A DNA stretch of 64,000 bases, taken from the NCBI GenBank assembly GCA_963699755.1, contig CAVOVB010000007.1, positions 371,814-435,813 on the forward strand, in the 5' to 3' direction. Source of the stretch: an uncultured delta proteobacterium (GTDB taxonomy: Bacteria > Myxococcota_A > Polyangia > Polyangiales > Houyiibacteriaceae). Below, one piece after another: positions 23,076 through 32,599 of the stretch. The notes beneath the pieces were generated by a model. That model was not told the origin of the DNA, searched no databases, and was given only the letters and a program-made list of their open reading frames with translations. Both the position numbers and the translations under genes were made by a program. Each line of letters opens with the position of its first letter. Position 1 is the stretch's first letter.

Positions 23076-24581
23076 ATGGCCGGCGAGCCAAGAGAGTTTG
23101 GTCCTTATCACTTGCTACGCCGCCTCGGCGTGGGTGGCATGGCCGAAACGTTCGAGGCAACGCGAGCCGGGACTGGCGGATTCGAGCAGCGCGTATGCGT
23201 GAAGCGGGTGTTGCCGGCCTACGGCGGCGACGAGGAGTTCCTCGCTCGTTTCGAACGAGAGGCGAAGCTCGCGGCCCAGCTGCGCCATACCAACATCGTA
23301 GGCGTGGTCGACGTCGGTGAAATCGAAGGAGCTCACTTCATGACGCTCGAGCTCGTCGACGGCGTGGACCTCCGCTCGTTGCTCAAGTCGTCTCCTCAGG
23401 AGAAGCTTTCCGCCGGCACGGTCGCGTTGATCGGCTTAGACCTCGCCTACGCGCTCGAGCATGCACACAAGACCCTTGTTCATCGTGACATCTCGCCCTC
23501 GAACATTCTGCTGAGTCGCTCCGGCGAGGCGAAGCTCGCGGACTTCGGCATCGCCAAGGCGCTCGAGAACACAAAGGTGACAGCAAGCCGAAGTGCAAAA
23601 GGGAAGGTTCCGTACATGTCACCGGAGCAAATGCGAGGCGAGGCAGTCGACGGACGAGCCGACTTGTTTTCGCTTGGCGTGGTGTTGTTTGAGGCGATTG
23701 CCGGCTTACGCCCTTTCGACGGGGCGCACGACGTCGAGACCATGCAGAAGATCCTCGACGGCAATCGGCTCTCGTTGCAAGAGGTCACTCCAGAGACGCC
23801 AAGGCCCCTGCGCGAGATCATTGAACGCTTGATCGAGGTGGATCGCGATGTGCGTATGCCGAGCGCGACGCGCCTGATCGAAGAGCTTGCCCTAGTATCG
23901 CCGCCTCCATCGGCACGATGGAAGCTCGCATCGACGATAGAGAGCTACCGAGGCGGCCCAGAAGCTCGCCTCCATGTTCGCGCGCGTGAAGAGGAACGAG
24001 ATACCGAGCTGAGCAGCCCGCCAAAGCTGATTGCTCTGCTTTCGGCCGAAAACGATGCGCCGCCGCAGAAACCAAGTCGAGTCGGACGGGCGTTGGTTTT
24101 GGCGAGCGCGGCGATGGCGATCTTGGCGATGCTCTGGCTGGCGCAGGGGCCGAGGGCAGAGGAGATAGGGGCGGCTTCAGCGCCCATGTCAGTGCCAGCG
24201 GCAGGGCCAGCGGCAATGCCAGCGTCGGTGCCAGCGGCAGAGCCAGCGTCGGTGCCAGCGTCCGTGCCAGCGTCAGGGCCAGCGTCGGTGCCAGCGGCAG
24301 AGTCAGAGCCGAGGCCGGTGGCTGCGTCGGTATCCGGGTCGGCGAATCGGCCGGGGCCAGAGCTGCCGGACCGGGTGAGCAGAGGATGGGTCCACGTTGT
24401 GGTTCAACCCTGGGGCAATGTTTGGATCGACGGCTCCTTCATGGGACGGGCGCCGGTCAAGGCTCGCCTGCCAAAAGGGAAACACATCATCAAGGTGGGG
24501 CGAGAGCTGCCGAGCCAAACCAGGATCGTCCGAGTCGAAGCTGGGGCCCGAAAAGAGCTTGAGATCAAGCTTCCGGAATAG
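23076..24581 (+). CDS. Hanks-type Ser/Thr protein kinase with TM helix and C-terminal PEGA-like domain
   Basis: 'LGVGGMAET', 'VKRV', 'HRDISPSN', 'DFG', 'YMSPEQ'; 'PWGNVWIDG'. Confidence 0.93.
   Translation: MAGEPREFGPYHLLRRLGVGGMAETFEATRAGTGGFEQRVCVKRVLPAYGGDEEFLARFEREAKLAAQLRHTNIVGVVDVGEIEGAHFMTLELVDGVDLRSLLKSSPQEKLSAGTVALIGLDLAYALEHAHKTLVHRDISPSNILLSRSGEAKLADFGIAKALENTKVTASRSAKGKVPYMSPEQMRGEAVDGRADLFSLGVVLFEAIAGLRPFDGAHDVETMQKILDGNRLSLQEVTPETPRPLREIIERLIEVDRDVRMPSATRLIEELALVSPPPSARWKLASTIESYRGGPEARLHVRAREEERDTELSSPPKLIALLSAENDAPPQKPSRVGRALVLASAAMAILAMLWLAQGPRAEEIGAASAPMSVPAAGPAAMPASVPAAEPASVPASVPASGPASVPAAESEPRPVAASVSGSANRPGPELPDRVSRGWVHVVVQPWGNVWIDGSFMGRAPVKARLPKGKHIIKVGRELPSQTRIVRVEAGARKELEIKLPE
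24193..24302 (+). repeat. 12-bp-period imperfect tandem repeat (CCAGCG-anchored) encoding a PA[A/S]x linker
   Basis: About nine CCAGCG units at 12-bp spacing. Confidence 0.8.
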
Positions 24582-24584
24582 GCG

Positions 24585-25841
24585 CTACTCTACGACGATG
24601 GCACCGCACGGGAATTCGGCCGAGAAGGTCACATCACCGCTCTTGAACGTGTCACAGGCGCTGCCGACGAGCTCGATCACGTCGTCGACCCCTGGCTTCA
24701 CCCGCCACTCGCTTGGGCAGCTCAGCGGCATGCCGTTGAGGCGAACGTCACTCCCGGGGTCGTTGCAAGCCTTCTCCTTGTCGTCGAAGCGCTTGTCCAT
24801 CTGGATGTCGCAGGAAATGCTCGCGCCGATGATCGCGCGGAACTCGTCTTCGAGGTCCTGTGGATTGGTGCCCACCCAGAACGGCGCGTCACCCTGCGAG
24901 CCGTTCGCCGCAAGGCCTATGCCGACATTGGCGACCTCTTGAATGTGGTTCTCTGTGTCCATGTTCGACAACGCGCCGACCCAGAGCGCAAGAACGTCGA
25001 TCCCAGCACTGTGGGCGTTCCCGGCCGCAGAGACCGCCTCAGCCCGAGCACCTGCCGTCGGGTTTGGATCGGGTACTTCGCAGGAATCAGGCTCGCCATC
25101 GGTCGCCAGCACGATGATCGTCGGGCCCTCGGCGGGCGGCGGATCCGCCTGAATGATGTCGACTAGCACGTCGATCGCGTCACCCGTTGGCGTGTCTTCC
25201 CCCCCAGGAAAGCTCGCCGGGTAGCTCATGTTGATCGTACTGGAGTTGTTCATGGCGAAGTCGACCTGCGTGTCGAAGATCGGGCACTCCGAGGGGGTGC
25301 TTCCCCCGTTCTGCGACTGGTAGGTCGTCAGACCATAGCGAACGATCGAATCCGTCTCGGCGATGATCTCCGTAATCGCAGCGTGCGCCGCTTCCCAGCG
25401 GTTGAGCCCGCCGCCGAAGTTCTCGGGCATCGAGCCGCTCTGATCGACGAGGAACATGATGTTCGGAATGCTTCGAGTAGGCGTGATCGTCACCGACTGA
25501 CAGCCGTTGCCGCCCGAGTTCCCAGTACCCCCCGTACCGCCGGTGCCCAGGATGGGCACGCAGCGACCCCGTGTCGTGTTGCAGGTCGAGCCCGAAGCAC
25601 AGCCTTCGGTCGCGGTGCAGTTCGCAACGCACTTGCTGTTCTGACAGAAGCTCGCCTCGCACTGCGAGTCCGAGGAGCAGGTCTTGTCGCAATCCGGTGG
25701 GGGGTTGTCCAAGGACGCGCAGGTGAGGACCACGCCACCGGTACCACCGGTACCGCTGCGAGGCCCGCTACCGTCTCCGCCACAGGCGAGAAGCGTGAGA
25801 GCAGCCAAGCCCACGAACACAATCGAAAGCGAATTACGCAT
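24585..25841 (-). CDS. vWA-domain lipoprotein with Cys-rich segments (myxobacterial, CglB-like architecture)
   Basis: Lipobox 'LLAC', Gly/Thr linker, MIDAS 'DQSGSM', 'TPT', 'LATDGEP'. Confidence 0.85.
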   Translation of the reverse strand: MRNSLSIVFVGLAALTLLACGGDGSGPRSGTGGTGGVVLTCASLDNPPPDCDKTCSSDSQCEASFCQNSKCVANCTATEGCASGSTCNTTRGRCVPILGTGGTGGTGNSGGNGCQSVTITPTRSIPNIMFLVDQSGSMPENFGGGLNRWEAAHAAITEIIAETDSIVRYGLTTYQSQNGGSTPSECPIFDTQVDFAMNNSSTINMSYPASFPGGEDTPTGDAIDVLVDIIQADPPPAEGPTIIVLATDGEPDSCEVPDPNPTAGARAEAVSAAGNAHSAGIDVLALWVGALSNMDTENHIQEVANVGIGLAANGSQGDAPFWVGTNPQDLEDEFRAIIGASISCDIQMDKRFDDKEKACNDPGSDVRLNGMPLSCPSEWRVKPGVDDVIELVGSACDTFKSGDVTFSAEFPCGAIVVE

Positions 25842-26258
25842 CTACGAACTCCCCAACATGAAAAAGCCAACTATGCCAACATTCTACACTGACTCTGTAG
25901 TGGCTGCAAATCACGCCGAACCAGCGCCTGCGTCGATATGCTAACGGTTCCAGGCAGTTAGATGCACGGGCGGCTCCGCTGCGCCGCCCATCCGCGCGCA
26001 ACCGCATCGCCCCGGCCTCCCAAGCACAGCCTTCGACCGCACAGAATAGTCCAAATCCGCGTCCGGAGGCCAGCGCCCGAGGCCTTTTTTCCTCTAGGAA
26101 AGGGCTCGGAAACCTTCTGGAAACAACGGCGTTCCAGAGATCTGGACAACGAGCTCTCGGGCGCGGCGAATCACCGGCCTGGAGTCAACCCCCGTGGTCA
26201 ACCGCCGAGTCAGCTCGCTGGTGCCCCGGCGACGCGAACATCTTTAGGAGTAGTGACG

Positions 26259-27296
26259 ATGAGTATCATCAAGGCTGAATACATCTGGATCGACGGCACG
26301 GAGCCGACCCCGCTTCTTCGCTCGAAGACCCGAATGCTCGAGGCGAGTCTGATCGAGAAGGTTCTCGGTGCGATCACCGGTGTCGCCGCCCTGCCGAACT
26401 GGGGCTTCGATGGGTCGAGCACCAACCAGGCCACCGGCGACGATTCCGACTGCCAGCTCTTCCCGGTGTTCGCGTGTCGTGATCCACTCCGAGGCGGCGA
26501 CAATATCCTCGTGCTCTGCGAGGTGGTGACGCACGGTGGAACGCCGCACCCCAGCAATACCCGACGCGCCGCAGAGGATACCGAGGAACGCTTGAAGGAT
26601 CTCGCTTGCTGGTACGGCATGGAGCAGGAATACACGATGATGAAGGACGGCTACCCGCTCGGCTTTCCGGAGGGTGGCTATCCCGGGCCCCAGGGTCCTT
26701 ACTACTGCGGCGTGGGTGCTCAGTACGTATTCGGCCGCGAGATCGTCGAAGAGCACATGGACGCCTGCATCAAGGCCGGCCTGAAGATCTCGGGCATCAA
26801 CGCCGAGGTCATGCCCGGCCAGTGGGAGTTCCAGATCGGACCTGCAGGCATCACCGAGGTTGGAGATCACATGTACATGGCGCGCTACCTCCTCGGCCGC
26901 ATCGCGGAGACCTACGGCGTGGACATCTCCTACGACGCCAAGCCCGCCAAGGGCGACTGGAACGGCGCCGGCTGCCACACCAACTTCAGCACCAAGGCGA
27001 TGCGCGAAGACGGCGGCTTGAAGGTGATTCACGAGTACTGCGAGAAGCTCGGCGAGCCGGACCGCATCCAACGGCATCTGGCCGCCTACGGTGCGGGCCT
27101 CGAGGAGCGTCTCACAGGTGCACACGAGACCGCATCCTACAAGGAGTTCAAGTACGGCGTGTCCGACCGCGGCGCTTCGATCCGAATTCCGATGGCGACC
27201 GACCTCGAAGGCAAGGGCTATCTCGAGGATCGTCGCCCCTGCGCCAACATCGACCCGTACACCGTGGCTCGCCTGATGGCCGAGGCCGCGGAGTAA
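26259..27296 (+). CDS. glnII: Glutamine synthetase type II
   Basis: 'AEYIWIDG', 'WGFDGSST', 'GPQGPYYCGVG', 'NAEVMPGQWEFQIGP', 'DWNGAGCH', 'EDRRP'; 345 aa; AGGAG RBS. Confidence 0.95.
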   Translation: MSIIKAEYIWIDGTEPTPLLRSKTRMLEASLIEKVLGAITGVAALPNWGFDGSSTNQATGDDSDCQLFPVFACRDPLRGGDNILVLCEVVTHGGTPHPSNTRRAAEDTEERLKDLACWYGMEQEYTMMKDGYPLGFPEGGYPGPQGPYYCGVGAQYVFGREIVEEHMDACIKAGLKISGINAEVMPGQWEFQIGPAGITEVGDHMYMARYLLGRIAETYGVDISYDAKPAKGDWNGAGCHTNFSTKAMREDGGLKVIHEYCEKLGEPDRIQRHLAAYGAGLEERLTGAHETASYKEFKYGVSDRGASIRIPMATDLEGKGYLEDRRPCANIDPYTVARLMAEAAE

Positions 27297-27313
27297 AGCG
27301 ACGGCCCTCAAAC

Positions 27314-27352
27314 AGAGAGGCGCCGCGTTCTTCGGAGCGCGGCGCTCTTTCG
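27314..27352 (+). terminator. Intrinsic terminator between convergent glnII and ADH
   Basis: GCGCCGCGTTC-TTCG-GAGCGCGGCGC stem followed by TCTTTCGTT. Confidence 0.8.
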
Positions 27353-28357
27353 TTAAACCGTCAGGACGGCTGCGCCGCGAATTCCATCGCACTTAAGTCG
27401 TTCGAGCGCCTCGTTGACATTCTCGAGCGGAAAAATCTCGACGTGCGTGCGCACGGGGACCGCCGCCGCCTCTTGCAGAAACGCGAGCCCATCTTCACGC
27501 GTGTTGTTGGCCACACTACGAACGACTCGCTCGCCATAGAGAAGCTCGTACGAGAGCTCTGGAATCGGGCTCATGTGAATGCCTCCGAGCACGAGGGTGC
27601 CGCCCTTGTCGAGATGCGAGAGCGCGGCAGGGACGATCTCACCGGCCGGCGCGAAGATGATGCCGGCGTCGAGCGCGACCGGAGGCTTGTCGATCGTGCC
27701 GCCCGTCCAAGCTGCGCCGAGCTCCTCGGCAAGCGCCTGATGTTTCTGGCGGTCGCGCGTGCAGACGTAAACCTCCGCTCCCCGCGCTCGGGCGATCTGA
27801 ATGGCGACGTGACCGGCTGCGCCGAAGCCGTAGAGCCCGAGACGCGCACCGGACCAGTCGTCGATGCCCGTTTTCTCGAGACAGCGGTAGCCGATGATGC
27901 CGGCGCAAAGAAGGGGCGCGGCTTGCAGGTTCGAAAACCCCGCTGGCAGCGGGTAGGTGAAGCTCGCCGGCGCCACGATGTACTCGGAAAAACCACCGTG
28001 AACAGTCCAGCCCGTGAAGTCGGGCGAGTCGCAAAGGTTTTCGCGTCCGCTGGCGCAAAACGAACAGCAGCCGCAAGTTCGGTGAAGCCAGGCAACGCCG
28101 ACTCGCTCGCCAAGCTCGCGATCTGACACGGAGGAACCGAGTGATTCGATTGTACCGATGACCTGATGACCCGGAATGACCGGCGAACGCCTTACTTCGA
28201 GATCGCCTTCGACGACATGCAGATCGGTTCGACAGACGCCGCACGCATCAACTCGGATTAGGACTTCGTCCGGAGCCGGCGTCGGAACCGGCACCTCATC
28301 GAGGCGCAGGGGGCGCGTCTGGATGGGAGCGGGACTGTCGAGGAGGGCGGCTCGCAC
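27353..28357 (-). CDS. Zinc-dependent alcohol dehydrogenase family protein
   Basis: 'CGVCRTDLH', 'PGHQ', 'CGCCSFC...C', 'GFGAAG'. Confidence 0.93.
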   Translation of the reverse strand: MRAALLDSPAPIQTRPLRLDEVPVPTPAPDEVLIRVDACGVCRTDLHVVEGDLEVRRSPVIPGHQVIGTIESLGSSVSDRELGERVGVAWLHRTCGCCSFCASGRENLCDSPDFTGWTVHGGFSEYIVAPASFTYPLPAGFSNLQAAPLLCAGIIGYRCLEKTGIDDWSGARLGLYGFGAAGHVAIQIARARGAEVYVCTRDRQKHQALAEELGAAWTGGTIDKPPVALDAGIIFAPAGEIVPAALSHLDKGGTLVLGGIHMSPIPELSYELLYGERVVRSVANNTREDGLAFLQEAAAVPVRTHVEIFPLENVNEALERLKCDGIRGAAVLTV

Positions 28358-28611
28358 GTCGTGAGCTTACACGATCCCGGACACGAACTGGCGCCGCCAC
28401 TGGCACGCGGAAGGGGGCTCGCGTCGGCCACGGGGCTGGGCGCGCTGGGCGCAAATCCTGCGCGCGAAGCTTCTCGCCCACTGGCGTCAACAATTGCAAC
28501 GAACGCTCCGTTCCGATATACGACTGGACCATCGTGGCCAGGAACCTCCAGCGGGCCTGGGATAGCCCAGGCATCAGCAGAGCCAATGGGATCTCCCGGA
28601 AAGGCGACGGC

Positions 28612-29685
28612 ATGGAGCTCGCGACCATGGCCGAACCTCGCGGATGGGTCGAGAAGCTCGCATACAGAGCCGACGGCTTCCTGGTGGCGCAGATCAGCAA
28701 GCTCCAGCCCGCAGATCTCAAGGACCCTCCCGAGCTCGTTCGCGATCTGACTGCTTTTGCGTCGAGCGACGGCTATCGAAGGTACCGTGAAAGCACTGGC
28801 GATCTGTTCCCGAAGCCCGGCCGCATCGACGTAAAGAAGCGCTGGTTGGCGCCACAGCGTGTCGGATACGCCGAGTGGAGCTGGCACAGTGTCCACCCGC
28901 TCGTCTTCAAGGACATCGAACACGAGTATCGGAGCCACAGGGACAATCAGACGGCCCTGCTCCGAACGCTGAATCTGAGAATCAAGGGAAAGCCGATGGC
29001 GATCCTCGTGAACGGCTTTTCGTCGGGCCACCATCTGATGGAGCGTGTCGCTTGGCCGATGCGAGAGTTTTTCCGCCAAGGGATTGGGGTGTCGCTCTTC
29101 GCGCTTCCTTTCCACGGGAGACGGGGGCATGCATTCCCACCCGAATGGCCGCAACAGGACACTGCGTTCACGATCGAAGGATTTCGTCAGGCGATCTGGG
29201 ATTTGCAGATCGCGATTCGCGCCATGCGCGAGGCGGGCGCAAGTCATGTGGGCGTCGCCGGCATGAGCCTTGGCGGCTACACAGCGTCGCTGCTGGCAAC
29301 GGTCACCTCGGACATCGACTTCGTGCTGTCCTACATTCCGATCTGCAGCGTCCCCGACGTGATGAACGACAACGATTTGGTCCCGGGCACCGGCGAAATC
29401 CAGCGGACGCTCTACGAGGGCTACCGCGAGCAGCTCGTTCCCATCACGCCGGTCTGCCGCAGACCCACGGTCGAACCCGAACGCGTCTCGATCATTTCCG
29501 GAGCCTACGATCGCCTCGCCACGGTGGAGCACGGCCAGCGTCTCGCAGATCACTTCGGGGCAGAGCTCATCCAGTTCCCCGGCGGGCATATCGTTCAGAA
29601 CCGTCGCGCGCAAGCGTTCCGAGAGGCCCTGGAAGGGTTCCGAGGTCGTGGCGTGCTACCGCCAAGGCGCTGTGCTGCGCGATGA
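28612..29685 (+). CDS. Alpha/beta hydrolase
   Basis: 'LPFHGRR', nucleophile 'GMSLGG', 'FPGGH'; start uncertain. Confidence 0.85.
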   Translation: MELATMAEPRGWVEKLAYRADGFLVAQISKLQPADLKDPPELVRDLTAFASSDGYRRYRESTGDLFPKPGRIDVKKRWLAPQRVGYAEWSWHSVHPLVFKDIEHEYRSHRDNQTALLRTLNLRIKGKPMAILVNGFSSGHHLMERVAWPMREFFRQGIGVSLFALPFHGRRGHAFPPEWPQQDTAFTIEGFRQAIWDLQIAIRAMREAGASHVGVAGMSLGGYTASLLATVTSDIDFVLSYIPICSVPDVMNDNDLVPGTGEIQRTLYEGYREQLVPITPVCRRPTVEPERVSIISGAYDRLATVEHGQRLADHFGAELIQFPGGHIVQNRRAQAFREALEGFRGRGVLPPRRCAAR

Positions 29686-30061
29686 AGTTCAGAATCATCT
29701 CGCGGCTCACCGGCGCAATGCACAGTGTCGGCGCCACGCCCCAGAGAAAGACGAGGCCGTATTCCTCGCTCATACCATTTCCACCGTGAACCTGAATCGC
29801 GGTCTCGACGGCACGCGTAGCCGACTCGCCCGCGGCGTCCTTGGCCACGTTGGAGGCGTCTCCGGCGTCCTTTCCGTGGTCGACGAGCCATGCGGCGTTC
29901 ATGGTCATCAGAGGTGCGAGCTCCACTTCGATCTTGGTCTCGGCCAGCGGACGGGCGAGCCCCTGATGTGTGCCGATCGGCTTGTCCCAGACCGAGCGTT
30001 CATTGGCGTATCGCGATAGTCGGATCAGCGTCTTTTCGAGAGCTGGGGCGTTCGCGTCCAC
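29567..30061 (-). pseudogene. C-terminal fragment of an acyl-CoA dehydrogenase
   Basis: 'YANERSVWDKPIGTHQG', 'AIQVHGGNGMSEEYG' only; N-terminal two-thirds missing; overlaps the convergent hydrolase. Confidence 0.75.
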
Positions 30062-30101
30062 GATGAAGAGCGATAGACGACCCCGGCCCCTTTCGTCGCA
30101 C

Positions 30102-30761
30102 TCACCATTGCAGGATGGGCCAGCCTTCTTGACCGGCCGCCCGCTTCAGCCTCGGATCGGGGCATACGACACGAGGATACCCGACCGCTCTCAACATCGG
30201 CGCATCGCTGTAAGAGTCGGTGTAGAAGTAGCAATTGCCAAGCTCGATGCCCCGCTCCGACGCCCAAGCTTCGGCGCGTTCGACCTTCCCCGCGCCGTGG
30301 CAGAGCGGCGGCACGAAAGTCCCGCGAAGGTTTCCGTGCTGGTCCGTTGGGAAGTCGTTGCAGAGAAAATCGTGGAGCTCCCAGCTGTCGCACGCAGCCC
30401 TCGAAGCAAACGCGGACGCGCTGGTGAGCAACACGAGATGATGCCCCTGTTCTCGGTGTTCGCGAAGGGCGCGACTGGCGCCGGGACGAAGATGGTGCAC
30501 GACATCCTGCGCGAACCAGTCGCGCGTCTCTGCATCGAGACCATCGTAGGACCGTCCACGATAGTGAGCCACGGCCTCTTCGAACGCCGTCTCGATGTCG
30601 ATGAGCGAAAGGTGATAGAGCAGGTTCCAAACCATGACTCGTCCGAACTGCCGGATCGAAATGCTCCCGGCGAGGAGCTCGTGCTTGGCCCAAAGCGTCG
30701 AGCTATTCATGTCGAGCAGCGTGCGGTCGAGATCGAAAAAGGCGGCGGTTCGGGAGTCCAA
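30102..30761 (-). CDS. HAD-IB hydrolase (SerB-like)
   Basis: 'AAFFDLDRTL', 'LLTSAS', 'YTDSYSDAPML', 'PDPRL'. Confidence 0.9.
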   Translation of the reverse strand: MDSRTAAFFDLDRTLLDMNSSTLWAKHELLAGSISIRQFGRVMVWNLLYHLSLIDIETAFEEAVAHYRGRSYDGLDAETRDWFAQDVVHHLRPGASRALREHREQGHHLVLLTSASAFASRAACDSWELHDFLCNDFPTDQHGNLRGTFVPPLCHGAGKVERAEAWASERGIELGNCYFYTDSYSDAPMLRAVGYPRVVCPDPRLKRAAGQEGWPILQW

Positions 30762-30888
30762 GTCTCTTATCCTCCTACGGCGAGCCTGAGGTTTGACGCA
30801 ATCGAAAGCGGACGCCAGCCGTCGAAGCCCTGTTGCGTTCCCGGCGATCTGCTGGCTTCATAAGGCTGTGGATTCCAGTCCGCCCACC

Positions 30889-31782
30889 ATGAGCAACGAG
30901 CAGATCGCCGAGATCCTCGAGCAGGTCGCCGACCGACTGGAAGCGCAGCACGCCAACATCTATCGCATCGACGCATACAGGGCTGGCGCTGCGGTGGTTC
31001 GGAGTCACGAGTCGAGCATTCAAGAACTGGCCCTCACCGCCGGGCGCAAGGGGCTCGATGCATTGCCGCAGATTGGCTCTAGCCTTTCAGGCGCGATCGA
31101 GGAGATCGCGCATACGGGAAAGCTTCGAATGCTTGGGCGACTCGAGGGGACACTGTCCGCGGTCGAGCTCTTCAAGACCGTCCCAGGGATCGGCGAAGAG
31201 CTTGCCGAACGGATCCACCGAGAGCTCGACATCGACACGCTCGAAGCTTTGGAGGTGGCAGCGCACGACGGAAGCCTAGACGCGGTGGCTGGCTTCGGTC
31301 CGCGTAGGCTCGAATCGGTCCGCGATATACTCGCAACGATGCTGACGCGCTCGTCGCGCGGCAGAGCGCGCAGGTTCGCGGAGCTCCAAGCGGCAGGTGC
31401 CGAGGTCACCCTACCGATGACCGCCGAAGCCAAACCAGATGTCGCGCTTCTGCTCGCGATCGATCGAGACTACCGAGAGAAGGCCGAAGCGGGGGAGTTG
31501 CCTCGCATCGCCCCGCGGCGGAACAACCCGGACGGCGCCGCCTGGCTGCCCATTTTCCACAGCTACCAAGGGGACTGGCACTTCACCGCCCTGTACTCCA
31601 ACACCGACCGCGCCCACGAGCTTGGACGGGTGCGGGATTGGGTGGTGATCTACTTCGAACGCGACGGCGACGAAGGGCAATGCACCGTCGTCACCGAATA
31701 CCGGGGGCCGCTCGCAGGAAAGCGGGTCGTCCGTGGACGCGAAGATGAAGTCGCCGCGCTCGAAGCAAACCAAAGTCAGTAG
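30889..31782 (+). CDS. Helix-hairpin-helix DNA-binding protein (PolX N-terminal-like, no polymerase core)
   Basis: 'NEQIAEILEQVADRLE...ANIYRIDAYR', HhH 'LPQIGSSL', 'VPGIGEELA', 'VAGFGPRR'. Confidence 0.8.
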   Translation: MSNEQIAEILEQVADRLEAQHANIYRIDAYRAGAAVVRSHESSIQELALTAGRKGLDALPQIGSSLSGAIEEIAHTGKLRMLGRLEGTLSAVELFKTVPGIGEELAERIHRELDIDTLEALEVAAHDGSLDAVAGFGPRRLESVRDILATMLTRSSRGRARRFAELQAAGAEVTLPMTAEAKPDVALLLAIDRDYREKAEAGELPRIAPRRNNPDGAAWLPIFHSYQGDWHFTALYSNTDRAHELGRVRDWVVIYFERDGDEGQCTVVTEYRGPLAGKRVVRGREDEVAALEANQSQ

Positions 31783-32483
31783 AGGGTCGCAGAAAGGAAC
31801 CGGCTCAAGCCTTCGAGCACCTGCATCGGGATTTCATGGCCGCCCCTAAACGGAACCCAGTCGGTCGATAGGCCGGCGTTGCGCATCTCGTCGCGCAACG
31901 CTTCGGCTGCTTGGAAGGAGAGGAGCGGATCGTTGGTGCCATGACTCTGAAACACCGGCACCTGCGGCTTCTCCGCCATGCCCCCCTTCCAGGCTTGGAG
32001 GTTCACTGCCGTTCCCGAAAGGACGACCAGGCCGGCTGGCGTCACGTGCCTCGTGAAGACGGCATTGCAGGCCACCATCGAACCCTGGGAGAAGCCGCCG
32101 ACGACGAGGCGCTCGTCTGGCACGCCGAGCTGCTCTTGCATCGCTTCGAGCATCTGCACGACCTGATCGGTGGCTTCCTCCATGCCGGGCGGAATCTCTG
32201 CCGCGTAGCTCCGTGGCCCTGCGGCCATCGCTTGCTCGGCTCGCGCGAAATCAACCATCCACCAGGCGCGGGCACCAAACAAACCGGGCACCTCCTGCGG
32301 CGCCTCGGGAAACGCGAAGCGCAGCCCGCGCGGTACATCGAGCACCCGCCACAGGCCGATCAAGTCTGTTCCTGGGGCGCCAAAGCCATGCATCAACACG
32401 ACCAGGGGCCCATCGCCCCCGCCGTGCCGATCTGCTCCCCCGGTCCATCGGACCTTGATTTCGCCGAATTGCTGTTCACGCAT
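31776..32483 (-). CDS. Phospholipase/carboxylesterase
   Basis: 'MHGFGA', 'GFSQG', 'HGTNDP', 'GGHEI'. Confidence 0.9.
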   Translation of the reverse strand: MREQQFGEIKVRWTGGADRHGGGDGPLVVLMHGFGAPGTDLIGLWRVLDVPRGLRFAFPEAPQEVPGLFGARAWWMVDFARAEQAMAAGPRSYAAEIPPGMEEATDQVVQMLEAMQEQLGVPDERLVVGGFSQGSMVACNAVFTRHVTPAGLVVLSGTAVNLQAWKGGMAEKPQVPVFQSHGTNDPLLSFQAAEALRDEMRNAGLSTDWVPFRGGHEIPMQVLEGLSRFLSATLY

Positions 32484-32599
32484 GCGGGCGAAGTGTAGCG
32501 CCGTTTGGAGCGATTACCCGGTCGCGCTCGCGTAGGCTATGCTGAATGTCTTCCTTCAGGGGCGGTGTCCGGCGGTGAATCCGGCACCGATGACACGAA

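Noticed and set aside
24193..24302. CRISPR-like or functional DNA repeat
   Set aside because: In-frame low-complexity Pro/Ala linker with no spacers; no cas genes in the window.
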